Shown here one piece after another: positions 18,883 through 41,410 of a stretch of DNA of 64,000 bases. Source of the DNA: the human T2T-CHM13v2.0 reference genome, Homo sapiens; assembly GCF_009914755.1 (NCBI RefSeq), contig NC_060927.1. One strand, given 5' to 3'. Under the pieces are notes generated by a model. The model was not told the DNA's origin, made no database searches, and was given only the letters and a program-made list of their open reading frames with translations. Position numbers and translations under genes: made by a program. Every line of letters starts with the position of its first letter. The first letter of the stretch is position 1.

Positions 18883-19794
18883 TGGAAAACCTCTCTACGC
18901 ATTATGAAGCTTTCTGATCTCTGATAACAGCACTTCGTTCATTTATTTATTTTTGTTTGTTTGATAACAGCATTTCTGACCACAGACTCTTTCATGGAAT
19001 TGTAGCAGCTTCACTAGTGGGAATTTTACTTTGTGACACTTTCCCTACATCGATGGCCAGCATCTCCTCCCTTCTCTTTCCTTCTCCAGACTTCTAAACG
19101 TTGTGCTTTTCCATCTCACACAAGCAGGTTCAAGCCAGTGGAAGAGGTGGCCTGCCTCCCAATTGCACCAAGGGATGCATATTTCTACGTAGTTTGCTGT
19201 AGCTCTATTTCGTTTTATACATCAGCTACCATCATCGTTTATGGACACTTTCTCTCCTCATTCTGGGAGAAGCCCAGAGGCTTTCTGAAAATATCCATGA
19301 ACTCTGGGGTGGATGTTCTCAGGAGCCGTCTGATGAGTTCCTGCATCTTCAGCACTGCTGAGGTCATTTACCTCCCACATTTCATGGTGATTCTTTCCCT
19401 TTGCTCCCACCAACCCAGATACGAGCCTTTTCTATGTGTTCTTCCAGAATCGCTCATGCAACACGGCTGGTTTAGAAGCAGACTTTATTTTTTTAATTTT
19501 TTGAGATAAGGTCTTCCTCTGTTGCCCAGGCTGAAATGCAGTGAAGATTTTATTGAAAAGGTTGGATTTTTTTGGTCACCCAAGGCAAGCCATTTTAGCG
19601 TTAGACAGTCCTGCTTTTGAGAGTGCTCTGCAGCCCTGCTGCTGGCGACTACTTGCTGGTGCCCTGTCTGCTCAGGCTCAGGCCTCTGCTAAGGGCCTTG
19701 GCTCCTCCCCTTGCCTAGAATCTGCTGCTGGACTGTAGAAAAGCCATATGCCACCCTCTCCCAATTTTCCCTCAGGGGTGAAGTGACAAAGTTA

Positions 19795-20766
<972 letters not shown>

Positions 20767-21030
20767 GTTTATTTTTTAAACAAGGTGTTAATTTGCCTAC
20801 AATTAACATAAAAAATAAAAGCAAAAATGAAATGGACAGAGTAAAATGAGGAAGGCTGAGATCCTGATGATCATACAAGGGTGGATGCGAACCATTATTA
20901 TGGATTCCAGCTCTCTCATGTTAAACATCCTTAGGCACAAGCGCATGCAGCCTTTCCCACCCCAGCGACCCAACCCTGTGCCTACTCACAGCTCACATGG
21001 TTTGAAATGGGTGTACCTTCGGTGTGCTAG

Positions 21031-21416
<386 letters not shown>

Positions 21417-21891
21417 TAGTGACCTATTTATATACCCATAAACCTACCCCTCATTTTAAGAACTAAGCCATTATTGAGAACCTCCTCTTCCTCTGAGTTC
21501 CCACCATGTTCTATTCTGCTGCCTCCCTTCCTCCCCTCTCCTGAGGGGTGTGTCTTTCTAAATTTTGTGTCTATAATTGCCTTACTTTAAAAAAGTAGCT
21601 TTATCCTCAATTTTGGGAATAGCCAATCTGCTTTTCAAGAACAACAAGGAAGAGGAACCTTTCCTAGCAGATATCAGTGTGGAATAGAGCTGGGAAACTT
21701 GACTAGCCACCCAATCTATGCTCACACCCTCCCAGTTCTCCATGCTGGTACCCCTCCTGGATTTCAGAGGTGCCAGAGAAGGCACCTGGCTGCCCTCAGA
21801 GAGTCCTGGAAACCACAGCCACAGAATAAACCAGGCAGACACAAAGTCTGATAGAGGGACAGTGTAAAAAACCATCCTAGGAGCTGGCAGG

Positions 21892-21897
21892 TTTATT
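21892..21897 (-). terminator. Candidate polyadenylation signal (AATAAA) of the TEDDM-family pseudogene
   Basis: tttatt on + is AATAAA on -, followed on - by a T-rich stretch (ggttttttacactgt); about 150 bp past the CDS end once the AluY is removed. Confidence 0.45.
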
Positions 21898-22036
21898 TGG
21901 GGACAAGGAACATGGCTGCAGAGATGGGGATCCACACTGTGGATCCCAGAACATGACAGGATCACTCACCCAGTGGCAACCTCCCAAAGCTTCTTACAGG
22001 GGTAGCACAGCACAGCTGGGGACAGAATGACAGTCT

Positions 22037-22338
22037 TTTTTTTTTTTTTTTTTTTTGAGACGGAGTCTCCCTCTGTCGCCCAGGCTGGAGTGCAGTGGCG
22101 TGATCTCGGCTCACTGTAAGCTCTGCCTCCCAGGTTCATGCCATTCTCCTGCCTCAGCCTCCTGAGTAGCTGAGACTACAGGCACCCACCACCACCCCTG
22201 GCTAATTTTTTGTATTTTTTAGTGGAGACGGGGTTTCACTGTGTTAGCCAGGATGGTCTCAATCTCCTGACCTTGTGATCCGCCTGCCTTGGCCTCCCAA
22301 AGTAACGGGATTACAGGTGTTAGCCACCACGCCCAGCC
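22037..22338 (-). mobile_element. AluY-like SINE in the 3' UTR of the pseudogene
   Basis: Reverse dimer; TSD cagaatgacagtcttt on both sides. Confidence 0.94.
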
Positions 22339-22356
22339 AGAATGACAGTCTTTAAA

Positions 22357-22833
22357 TGAGATGTTTTCATCCTGCAGCATGGCCTCTGCCCTGAGTTTCT
22401 TGAGTTCTCTTCCACTGGGGTGTGCGAGGCACGGCTGGTACCTGGTCCCTGGGAATGCTGTCCAGGAGGAGCAGTGACAGTGCCAGAGGCTGCAGAGGCC
22501 ATAGACAGCAGCCAGCATGGCAATCCCCAAGCCCAGGTGCCAGCAGAAGAAGATGATGAGGAAGGCCAGGTTCTTGTGGCTGACTGCTCACCAGGGCTGT
22601 CCGGTGGGGCGTACATCACTGAGGCTCCCTGAAGCAACCAGGAGCCAAGCAACAGGAGCACCCAGGCCTTGAGAACCCAGAGCTGGGGCTGGTCAGGGAC
22701 CCAGACCTGGGGGAAGTCGGGGGAAGAGGATCTGCTGGCCCCACAGGAGGGCTCTGGACGCCATCACCACATAGTAAAGCCCCAAGTAATAGATGGTCAG
22801 TGCTGGAATCAGGTGTCCCAGGAAAGTGCCCAT
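22357..22833 (-). pseudogene. TEDDM3P: Intronless TEDDM/TMEM45 (DUF716) family transmembrane-protein pseudogene; symbol tentative
   Basis: ATG at 22833 gives MGTFLGHLIPALTIYYLGLYYVVMASRALLWGQQILFPRLPP (family N-terminal MGxFxGHxxP motif). A shifted frame gives VWVPDQPQLWVLKAWVLLLLGSWLLQGASVMYAPP. A further shift gives GQPW*AVSHKNLAFLIIFFCWHLGLGIAMLAAVYGLCSLWH...ELKKLRAEAMLQDENI (family GxWxxQ and FCWH motifs). The family call is strong; the symbol is from recollection only. Confidence 0.8.
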
Positions 22834-23492
22834 GCAGCAGCCGGCAGTCTGCTTAGGGGTGGAGGAGTGGGGATTATGAGTGACTGTCCCTACTAAGAGT
22901 TTGCCACCTCTGAACTGTCAGGGTAGTCCCTGCTGACCTGCCTCTGCGGCCCACACATGGGGCGGGCCCAGGTGCTGTGTAGGCCCAGGTCTATTTTCAG
23001 GTAGCTGAGAACTGGCTGGGCTCCTTCCTGCCCTGCAAAATATTGCCAACTATTCAGTGCTGAAACTGAGTCATCAAGAACTTGATAGAAACTGTTCTAT
23101 CAAGCCAGCTCCTTCAGGATGATGGGGAACATGATAAGACCAGTGAATTACATGATCATGAGTCATTGCCACACTTCTTTTGTTGTAAAGTGTTTGGAAA
23201 CAATGCTGTATGGAATTTCACTGGATAAGGCATACTTTAAGTTCACGGATGGTGGTTTTGGCAGAAGATTTGTGAGCAGGGTATGTAAATCTGTGTCCAG
23301 AGTAAGTGTCTATCCCAGCAAGAACAAAATGCTGCCTCTTCCATGATGGAAGTGGTCCAATGTAATCAACCTGCGACCAGATAGTAGGCTGGTCACCGTG
23401 GAGAATGGTGCCATATCATAGACTCAGTGTTGGTCTCTGCTGCTGGCAAACTGGGCACTCAGTGATGGCTGTAGCCAGGTCAGCCTTGGTGA

Positions 23493-23848
<356 letters not shown>

Positions 23849-25463
23849 ACAGACACTTTCGTTATGAGCCCATTAGGCAATGACAATGATAATGAGCCCA
23901 TTAGGTTATCAGATGCTGATTGGTATCCATAGAACAAGTCATCCTATTTACTTGATTATTAATATCCTTCTCTGTTGAGGTTGCCTTTTGGTGGGCATTG
24001 ACATGGGACACAAATGTCTTCAGGTTTTTTATCCATTCAGAGAGGTCTACCCATATATCTCTTTCTCAGATTTCCTTATCACCAATTTTTCCATTCATAT
24101 TCTTTCTGAGTCCCTGACCATCCAGCCAAACCACTGGCCATAGTCTATAAATGGGTATATAATTGCATGTCTGACCATTTCTCCTTTGAAGCAAAGTGAA
24201 CAGCCAGATGCACTGCTCAAATTTCTACCTGCTGGGAGGATTCCTCTTCATCACTGTCCTTCGGAGGTGTCCCAGAAAGGAACTGTAGTGCTGCAATTGT
24301 CCACCATCAGGTGGTGCCTGCATATTCTGCAGCACCGTCTGGGAACCAGCCCCAAGTCTTCTCTTCCTCTGTCAACTGATGATAGGGAACTCCCCATGAG
24401 GCCATAGACATAGGCTGGGAGAGAGAAGGCAGGGTAGCAGGAGTGGAGGACCGTGGGCTTTTGGGCCAATTCTTCATGTAATTTACCAATGCCTACAGAG
24501 CTTTCTCAGGCCCAATCATGTATATACCACTTCCGTTTCATGATGGAGTATTGCTGTGCACACCCAAATTTATGGCTTGATGGGTCAGATAACATCCAGG
24601 TCATGATGGGAAGCTCAGGTAACTTGATGGCCCATGGTTAGGCACACAGTATCTATCTAAGGCCCAGTAACAGGCCAGGAGCCGTTTCTCAAAAGGAGAG
24701 TAATCTGTGAAGGATGGCAGAGTTTTGCTCCCAAATCCTAAGGAAATTCACTTGTAGGGGCCTGCCAAAGGCTCCAGAGAGCATCCCTATCTGCCACTGA
24801 CATTTCACGCACCACTGGATCTGCTGGATCATATGGCCCAAGCAGCAGAGCAGCCTGCACAGCAGCCTGGACCTGTTGCATGAGCTACTGTGCCAGGCCT
24901 GGCTCTGTTTTTATGATTCAGATTAGACTTTTGTTAACTTGGCTTAGAACTTTTCTGCTTATACGGATCAAGTAATCAGTAGGCTTCCCATCTATTTCAC
25001 TTCTAGGAACGCCATGCTTAACAGCCTGTGCCATTGGTCTGCAGGAGTTGGCAATTCAGCTGCTGTGACTCTGCTGTCCATCACCGTAACCATGTTCACC
25101 TCGCCTGTGGCAGTGGAGTGCTGCCACTTGGTCCCTGCGCCCTGAGATCCATGACTCCCATTACATTTAAGTTTCCAAATTCAGTGACTGCTGTAAGTTC
25201 TGCCTACGGAGACGAGGGATTACAAAGCTCTTTCAAGGTGCTGAGGCTCCATCACAAATTTATTTCTCACAGTATTGGTAAAAAGCAGGACTTCTGGCCT
25301 TTCCCAGTAGGTCTAGAAGATGTACTTTTATGTCTTAGTTGGTGAGTAGGTCTTAAATGACAAATCCCCGCGAACATCCCATCTTCCTACGCCTTTGAAT
25401 CCATTCTACATTAAACCAAGTCATGTCCATCCACCATTTCCAGTTTGTTCATGGTGGGTCACC

Positions 25464-25763
25464 CTTTTTGTTTTCTTTTTGAGACGGAGTTTCACTCTTG
25501 TTGCCCAGGCTGTAGTGCAGTAGCATGATCTTGGCTCACTTCACCTCTGCCTTCTGGGTTCAAGTGATTCTCCTGCCTCAGGCTCCTGAGTAGCTGGGAT
25601 TACAGGTGCCCACCACCACGCCCAGCTAATTTTTTGTATTTTTAGTACAGATGGGGTTTCACCATATTGGCCAGGCTGGTCTCAAACTCCTGACCTCAGG
25701 TGATCTGCCCACCTCAGCCTCCCAAAGTGTTGGGATTACAGGTGTGAGCCACAGTGCCTGGCC
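25464..25763 (-). mobile_element. Alu SINE within ERVL
   Basis: Reverse dimer. Confidence 0.93.
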
Positions 25764-25909
25764 AACAGTGGGCCATCTTTGATCCACTCATCAGCCAACC
25801 AACCAAAAACTGTTAGAGCCTTTTCTTATTTTCTGAGCTGCAACATTAAAATGCAGGATCTCTGCTTAGTGAGCCCATGTCAATAAATTCACTCTGATAC
25901 AACTTTATG

Positions 25910-26330
<421 letters not shown>

Positions 26331-26612
26331 TAGAAAACTTAAGAAGTTCTTTTGAAGTATAGCACACCTCCTCACGGGTAACCTTTGTACCTCATCTGAG
26401 GGGCTTGCTGGGACTTGAGTCTAGACTTGAAGTCTAGAAGCAAAAAGGGGTGGTGGGGGTGGATCCTGAAGAGAATCAGCATTGTTTTGCAAAGGCAACT
26501 GACTCAAGGGAGGCCATCACAGTTTCCTCTGGCAATGCAGAGTCAGTTCGCCAGGTGGAGGTGGGGAGGCTACTTCCATGGCAAAGAAGACTCATAAGAA
26601 TTTCGGGGCTCT

Positions 26613-27120
<508 letters not shown>

Positions 27121-27718
27121 ACCCCGAAAACTTAGATGTTCACTGTTCCCAGCTTCATCGTGTCTTCCTACACATCCCCACCCCATTCTTCCCCAGTCAA
27201 CACCCTCACTTTCACAGCGACACCTGTTAAAGACACCTGCGAGGCTGGAAGTTCAGTCCATGTTGTAATCCGGCCAGTCACAGGATTCTCTGCCTGATTT
27301 TCAGTAATCTCAGCGCTTTGGTGACAGGAGATAAGGGTCTCCTTCAGGGCACATGTAGTAGCTTTTAGGTTATTTACACCGCGTTTGAACTAGGAATTTG
27401 AATCCCTGAACTCATTCTTTTCTTTCACCTCTTTGTCCAGTGACTCTAGGAGCAAGTAGCCAACCTTGTTATATTCATTAGTTTTTCAAAAAGGTTAGAA
27501 AGTATCTTATATATAGTCACCCAGCTCCTGGCTTCTTATAAGTGGTTGATTAGGTGTATCCAGTGGGAATATTTTGCATATTTCCATTGTCAGATCATGC
27601 CATGGACGACTAGTGCTCTCTTTCTTACTGGAAACAGAGTTGTTAGTCTCTTTAAATTTAATCAGACTAGAGAGACAATGCCAGAAATCTTAGAACCAAT
27701 TCAGAAAGCTCATTCTTA

Positions 27719-28557
<839 letters not shown>

Positions 28558-28564
28558 TAAAATC

Positions 28565-29446
<882 letters not shown>

Positions 29447-29979
29447 TCATGTTAAATAGATCCTTCTGTGGGAGAGATGTCAGATGGCTCTAGATATATC
29501 TGAGTTTTCGCTCTAGAGAAGTCAGAAACTATGCTGTATCTTACAGATATAGATATAGGGGATTTAAGGTTATGTAGTTGGGTTGATACCAGACATGATT
29601 TTTAAAATCCTTTTTCTTTCTTATTTAATTTATTTCTCACAACTCATGACCTAATCAAATATAGTTTCCATTTAAATTACAAATGACTTTTCATTAAAAT
29701 TACAAAGCATATAATTTTTGCGCTAAATATAAAAACCTATCATTTTGAGCAGATTGCAAGGAACGCAAACATCCAGGGTCCTCAATGACCTTTCCTGCTG
29801 ACCCTCTCAATTACTGCTGAATTGTTCATGGTTTGCACCAAGCTGGAGTTAATGTAACTATCTTACCCTTTCCATCCGACAGTGAAAGTGCTTAAAACCT
29901 TTCTGGGCCTTTAATTAGATTTGTCAACATACACACATGTTGCTGCAATTCTAATTATCCTAGAAAAACTAATACAAAT

Positions 29980-30120
29980 CATGATAGCACTCCTATGTGC
30001 CAAGGCACTGTGCTAAGCACTTTACATATCTACTAACTCATTTAATTCTTCACAACACTCCCTTTGATCCCTCTTTTATAGATGAGCAAGTGAAGCACAA
30101 ACCTGCCCAAATCATTGGTT
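29980..30120 (-). mobile_element. MIR SINE
   Basis: ctatgtgccaaggcactgtgctaagcactttacatat...tcatttaattcttcacaac. Confidence 0.8.
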
Positions 30121-31262
30121 AGCGGGGACCTCACCTGGGCTATTCTCTGCTAATTCTGGGGAAAGGTTTCCCATGCCTACCCTTCATGAGTTTCTGTATC
30201 CTTCCCCATCTGCAAGAAGAACATAGCTCCAAATATGCTACATCAGCTGGTGACTGTGTTTCAGTCACAATCTGTTTTTTTTTTTTCTGCCAACCTTTTC
30301 TTCTGAAAAATTCCTGATCCCATTTTAGAAGTGACCTGCCATGATGCCAACCACCTGGTGTCCTCTAGTGTGGGGACATCTGGCGCCTGGCTCACACCCA
30401 GAGGGAGTGAACCAAACCTTGGTGGGCTGCTAGGGGTGACACCCAGGCACATCCTTGGGGATCCTTGTCCCAGAAAAGGGCTCAGTCCAGGTTGGGCACC
30501 GTCAGGGGTCGTCAGGAAACAGCTGGGAGGATTTCATCAGATCCCCTCTTAGCACATGGTTGCAGCAGTTAATAATGAGAGGGAGAATTGGCTGGCCTGG
30601 AGGCCAGCAGAGTCTTCTGGGACTCTGGAGAGCCTCACCCCAAGGAACAGCCCAGTTTGGTCCATATGAAGGTCCTAGAAACCATAAGGTCTGCATTTGG
30701 AGCAGCAGTAGTAGAGGCAACGTTTTCTCTGAGCTCCTCCTGTCCTGAGAGGCAAGACCTGTCTTCCTACACCATGCCCCAGTCCCCGGCCCACTCACTG
30801 GGTCTTGGCTCTACCTTCTTGCTCCTTCTCTGTGCACTCCCTCACCCCCACTCCGTGCAGGGACCTGCCTGGAACAGACACTGGCTTTGAGTTCTTGACA
30901 TCTAGTAAAGACAACCCATGAGCACGTAAAAGCCTCACAATACAGAGCAGGATTAATAAGAACAAAATGCAAAGCAAGTGGAGATCAAGGAGGAAGATAT
31001 TCCCAGCTGGGGAGTCACAGCAGACCTCATAGAGGAGGGGGCGTTTGAATTGAACTGTGAAGGTCCAGACATTGCAAGAGGAGGGCCTGGTGTGGGAAAT
31101 CACAAGAGGAGAATATGGTTCAGTGAGGCTGAAGCAAGGTGCACGATGAGTGGATGGCGCTGGACTGGCAGGTCTGGGCAACTTGGATAGGGCCTTAACT
31201 GTTGGACTACCCATCTCTATGGGGTTGCGAGCTCAAGCTCAGGGGTGAGAGATGGCCTGGAC

Positions 31263-31681
31263 TGTTATCTCATCTAATTTCTGTTACGTATAACAGAATA
31301 CTTGAAACTGGGTAATTTATTTTAAAAAGGAATTTATTTCTTACAGTTATGAAGACTGAGAAGTCCAAGATCAAGGAGCCGGATCTGGCGAGAGCCTTCT
31401 TGTTGGTGGGGACTCTTTGCAGAGTACTGAGGTGGCACAGGGCATCACATGGTGAGGGGCTGAGTGTGCTAGCTCAGGTGTCTCTTCCTCTTCTTATAAG
31501 GCCACCAGCCCCACTCCCATGATAACCCATGAATCCATTCATCCACAAATGGATTAATCCAGTCATAAGGGCAGAGCCTCATGACCCAGTCACTTCTTAA
31601 AGGCCCCACCTCTCAACACTGTCATTTGGAGATTAAGTTTCAACATGAGTTTAGGAGGGGATTAACATTCAAACCATAGCA
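31263..31681 (-). mobile_element. MaLR solo LTR, MSTB-like
   Basis: ataacagaatacttgaaactgggtaatttat...aagtttcaacatgagttt...aaaccatagca. Confidence 0.88.
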
Positions 31682-31968
31682 GCAGGGACTGTAACAAGTG
31701 AGCTGTCTCCAGGGCCATGCCTGGCAGCCTCTATTGGGAGCCTATTTCTGTGCCCTCCCTTGCCGTGTGCATCAGGTGAATAGGGGTGAGGGATGTCTAA
31801 TGTTGAAAGGGACCTGGGGTGGAGAAATAGATCACAGGTCAAGGGGAAGGGGAAATTGGAGGGGAGAAAGCATGTGTGTAGGTCTCTTCTGGGACCAGGT
31901 GAACAGCCAGCCAGATGCTCAAGTCAGAAACTAGGGCATCATCCTGGGCTCCTCCCTTCCTTCACTCC

Positions 31969-32640
<672 letters not shown>

Positions 32641-32893
32641 ACCCCTCATGGTCAATTGCTCACTGTGTTCACCCAGTTCTACCTGCTATGGGGTTATTTG
32701 GACTTTCCTCTCCATTCCACCACCCCAACTTGGTTCTCTCCTGGACCATTGCAGCATCATCTTGACTCTTCCTCACTTCATCTCCTGGCTTTTCTCTTCC
32801 ATAGAGAGGTCTTGTTAATATTCACATCTCATCATGTCATTTCCCTGATGAACATTCTTCAAGTTCCCTGTGTCAGCTGCAGGTGGAATCTGA

Positions 32894-33354
<461 letters not shown>

Positions 33355-33507
33355 TGAATATTTGGTCCACTTTTCCTGCAAAGTCCCCTCTCACCTTATC
33401 TTCCTGGTAAACTTCCAGCCAACACCTCTTTACTAACCAGAGAAACATGGTTCAACTGTGCACAGGCTTGCACAGAAACTGTTCTCATATTGTCTTGTCA
33501 TTGTCAA

Positions 33508-33885
33508 TGTGGCAGAGATGCACCTTAGATACCTCTTTGAGAAAGGACTCACTGCCCAGCTGCCTGGCACGTGATGAGCTGATAGCTCCAGCTATAGACT
33601 CCTTTAGGGTCAACCTCTGCTTTCCAGTTGAGATCATATCCTTTGCAGGGTGGCCTCCCCAGTGATGACTAAGGCAGTGTTACAATGGCCTGGTCATTTC
33701 CTCCCAATGCTGGACTCCCAATGAACCATCTGCTCCGGAGCTTCCCACTGGGCAGTCAGAGACCTTAGCTAGTCTGCCTCCGAATCAGAGGGCTCTCTCT
33801 GCCCACTCTGGCTTCCGCCTCTTTCTTTTCACAAGTCCTACTCCCCAGTGAAAGTTTTGAATTCCTAACTCCATCTCAGCATCCA
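33508..33885 (+). mobile_element. LTR16-family (ERVL) LTR
   Basis: tgtggcagagatgc...ctttgagaaaggactcactgcccagctg...ttcctaactccatctcagcatc. Confidence 0.7.
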
Positions 33886-34494
<609 letters not shown>

Positions 34495-35109
34495 TATGGG
34501 TTTTCAATAGTGGTCCAAGAAAGTAGTTGGTAAGACGGGGTTTGGGGGCTGGATCACTCCACCACCAACTGGCAATGAGGCCACGCCCCAGGAGTTAAGT
34601 GAGCATGGAAAGTCCCCAGCACATGTTGGTGGCCCTATTGTTAAACATTTCACTGATGCTGACGTGGGAGAATGTACCAGTGAAGGGGAATGAACTGGTT
34701 TATGTGATAAGTCAGGCATTTGAAAGGTACACAGGGGAGAAAAACATTCTATACAATATGGATATTATATGATGTATAATATATATGAATATAGAATATA
34801 TGAATTATAGATAGATACATGGAAATGAACAATTGCATTGGTGATCTACAGACACATAATGAAAAGCTGAGGGCAATTAACAAACAATTGAAAACTAAGT
34901 GTGAAAGCCAGAGGATTTCTTTGGCAGCTGATGAAGAATCCTTCATGTCCTCTGCTCGGTGAAGAAAAGGAACTGAAGATGAAGCCATGAGTTAATAGAG
35001 TGGCTGCACTCCAAAGATGGCTGAATGCTCTAGCGATTCAGATCTCTGGGACCCCGACACATGGGATGGGACCTCGAGGTGGGTGCCCCTGAACATTCTG
35101 AAGCCCTGA

Positions 35110-35499
<390 letters not shown>

Positions 35500-36360
35500 T
35501 GACAAGGCAAAGGTCTTTCCCCTACAAGGCAACAGGTGTCCCTAGGCAGCTGCCTTCACCTCATCTTCTGGCTGCTAGACTTAACTCCTGGGGTGTGGCC
35601 CTCATTGCCAGTGGGTAGCTAGACTTTACTACTGGGTTAAATCGTTGCGTAGTTTGCCTGGGGATATGCTAGTTGGATACAGGAGGAAAGGTGCTGTATT
35701 CCAAAGGAGCTGTAAGATCTAGTCAACAGGTGCCAGCAGAGGCTGTGGGAGTACTTGTGTGCCTGGATTCTGAGAGCTTCATGGGACTGGAGAAGGGAGC
35801 TATAAGGCACAGGATTTAACCCCCTGGTAAGGACCCCAGGGAGGGTGCAAGATAACTGCTAGGGTGGTTCATTGAAGCCTGGACAAAGTGGCAGGTCAAG
35901 CTGAGTGAGGTTGAAATATCTGAATTGCCGGGGAAGAGGGCAGAGAAAGGGATCAAAAGCCTTGGGAAAGTGGGTGGGCATTTGGAATGGAGGCAGTATG
36001 TTAGGCAAAAGAGAATAGGATTCTATGGGGAGACAGGGGAACACACCATTTGCCACGGTCATGACTAGGTTGTTCAGTGGTGGCCCTCCCCTGCAGGCCA
36101 GGACTGATGCTGGGAGAGGCAGGCACAGAACTTGGTTTGCTGATTGTACTGGAGAGGATAGGGCTGGGGCAATAGAGAGCAGGGCGCAGCACTTAGCGGT
36201 CAGAAGACAGGGGTCAGAACAACTGTAGCAGCAGAGAAGGTCAGAGTGATAATTACAGAGGTTTGATGTTCAGACAGTTATGGAGATGGCTAAGAGAACA
36301 CAGTGTCTCCAGTGGAAAAGTAGACAAGCAGCCCAAAGGGAACTGTTATGTATAGAAGTA

Positions 36361-37155
<795 letters not shown>

Positions 37156-37379
37156 TATTCAAAAAAGACCAAAAATTAATAAGCAGGAGGCTGAGGGTAG
37201 TTGCCCCAATAAAGTCATGATCCCTTGCCCAGTGTCTGAACCTCAGCCAGTTTTCAGACTCAGGACCTATTGGCTGCAGAGGTGGTTGGAACCATAGGAG
37301 AATCCTGCAATATCATGGCAAGTATGCACTTTAATGATATCTGCAGTCCTTCCCCAAAAGGACCTTACATTTACCATAG

Positions 37380-37715
<336 letters not shown>

Positions 37716-38179
37716 TAATATTCAGATATTTCAAGGACAGTTGGACACAGAGTCTGAGTTGATGTTGCTGTCCAGAGGCCTGAAGTGTTATCATGGTGCC
37801 TCTGTTAGTTTAGAGCATATGGAGTCCTGGCCAAAAACTCTGCTTACAGGGGGGTTATGATGTTCATAGACTCATCTGATGGCCTGTGGAACAGAGATTG
37901 ACAAACTTGGTAGTTGGGGTAACCTCCACATTGGAACCTTTGCCTATAGGTTAAGTGCCATGAGAGCGGTAAAGCCCAGACACAATCCTCTGAAACTGCC
38001 ACTGACCAGCCAGAATAAAAACACAAAACAGTAAAAAAACAGTATATCAAAAACAGTATCTATCACATTCTGAGGGGAAAGGTGGAAATGAATGCCATAC
38101 TTAAGAATCTGAAGGCTGCAGAGATGCTGGTCCTCATCTTATCTTCACATAATCAACAGTCTGGCCCCTGTTCGTCGTA

Positions 38180-39930
<1,751 letters not shown>

Positions 39931-39932
39931 AT

Positions 39933-40315
39933 GTTTGGTTGAGCTCTTTAGAAAGCAGGTGTGAGACAGAGTTAGGCAGCAGACATTTGATTGAGGAGTA
40001 ACACCTGTGAAGAAAAGGAGTAAAGCAAGATTGGGCGAGGGGAGGCTCAGATGGCCATGCAAATAAGACAAAATCTCTGCCAGCCCAGTGGGGCGGCTCC
40101 AGGCAAAGACTGGTAAAGGCTAGGCCCTTGGACTGCCACTGTGCTCAGTTATGGGCTGGGGCTTGCTCCCAAAATAGGGTGACCTTGGCTCCAACACTGA
40201 GGCAGATCCTGACAAAGCCAACAGCTGGAGGCTGCCTGCCAACCACACTCCTTGCAGCTGGGCAGCACATCTTTCCTCAAAGGAGGGTCTGGACAGGACA
40301 TTTTCCTTGTTACCA
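39933..40315 (-). mobile_element. LTR16-family LTR
   Basis: Minus strand ends cctaactctgtctcacacctgctttctaaagagctcaaccaaaca and is followed by the same leader (gagtggtccaagaaagc) seen at about 34508. Confidence 0.72.
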
Positions 40316-40571
40316 GGGGCTCAGACTCATCAAGAATGAGGGCTAGGGTCACCCCACAGCTAGACCATGAGGGCCGACAGAGGTGGGAGCTGAGGGCAGG
40401 GCAATTTAGAAGGAATAGCGGAGGGAGCCAAGCACCAGTGGTGGCCCTGAGGCCAGTAGCAGTGAATGAGGTCTCTATTTCATGCTCGTAACTTCCCTCT
40501 TGTACAGAGGCCCCCCAGATCCCTGGGGGAGCTGCTCCCCACATGTGTCCACATTACCGTGACATGTGGAC

Positions 40572-41327
<756 letters not shown>

Positions 41328-41410
41328 GACACCTGTCTTAACAGCACGTGTTTCCTACATGTTTGTGGTCTGACCTACTGACCAGCTGAACGCCCAGCTC
41401 AGCTGGGTAT

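Noticed and set aside
19033-19509. 158-aa ORF in non-repeat DNA
   Set aside because: Non-ATG start, no recognisable domain, ends in an Alu fragment.
22219-22530. 103-aa ORF as an intact protein
   Set aside because: It is the C-terminal pseudogene fragment with a non-ATG start, running through into an AluY.
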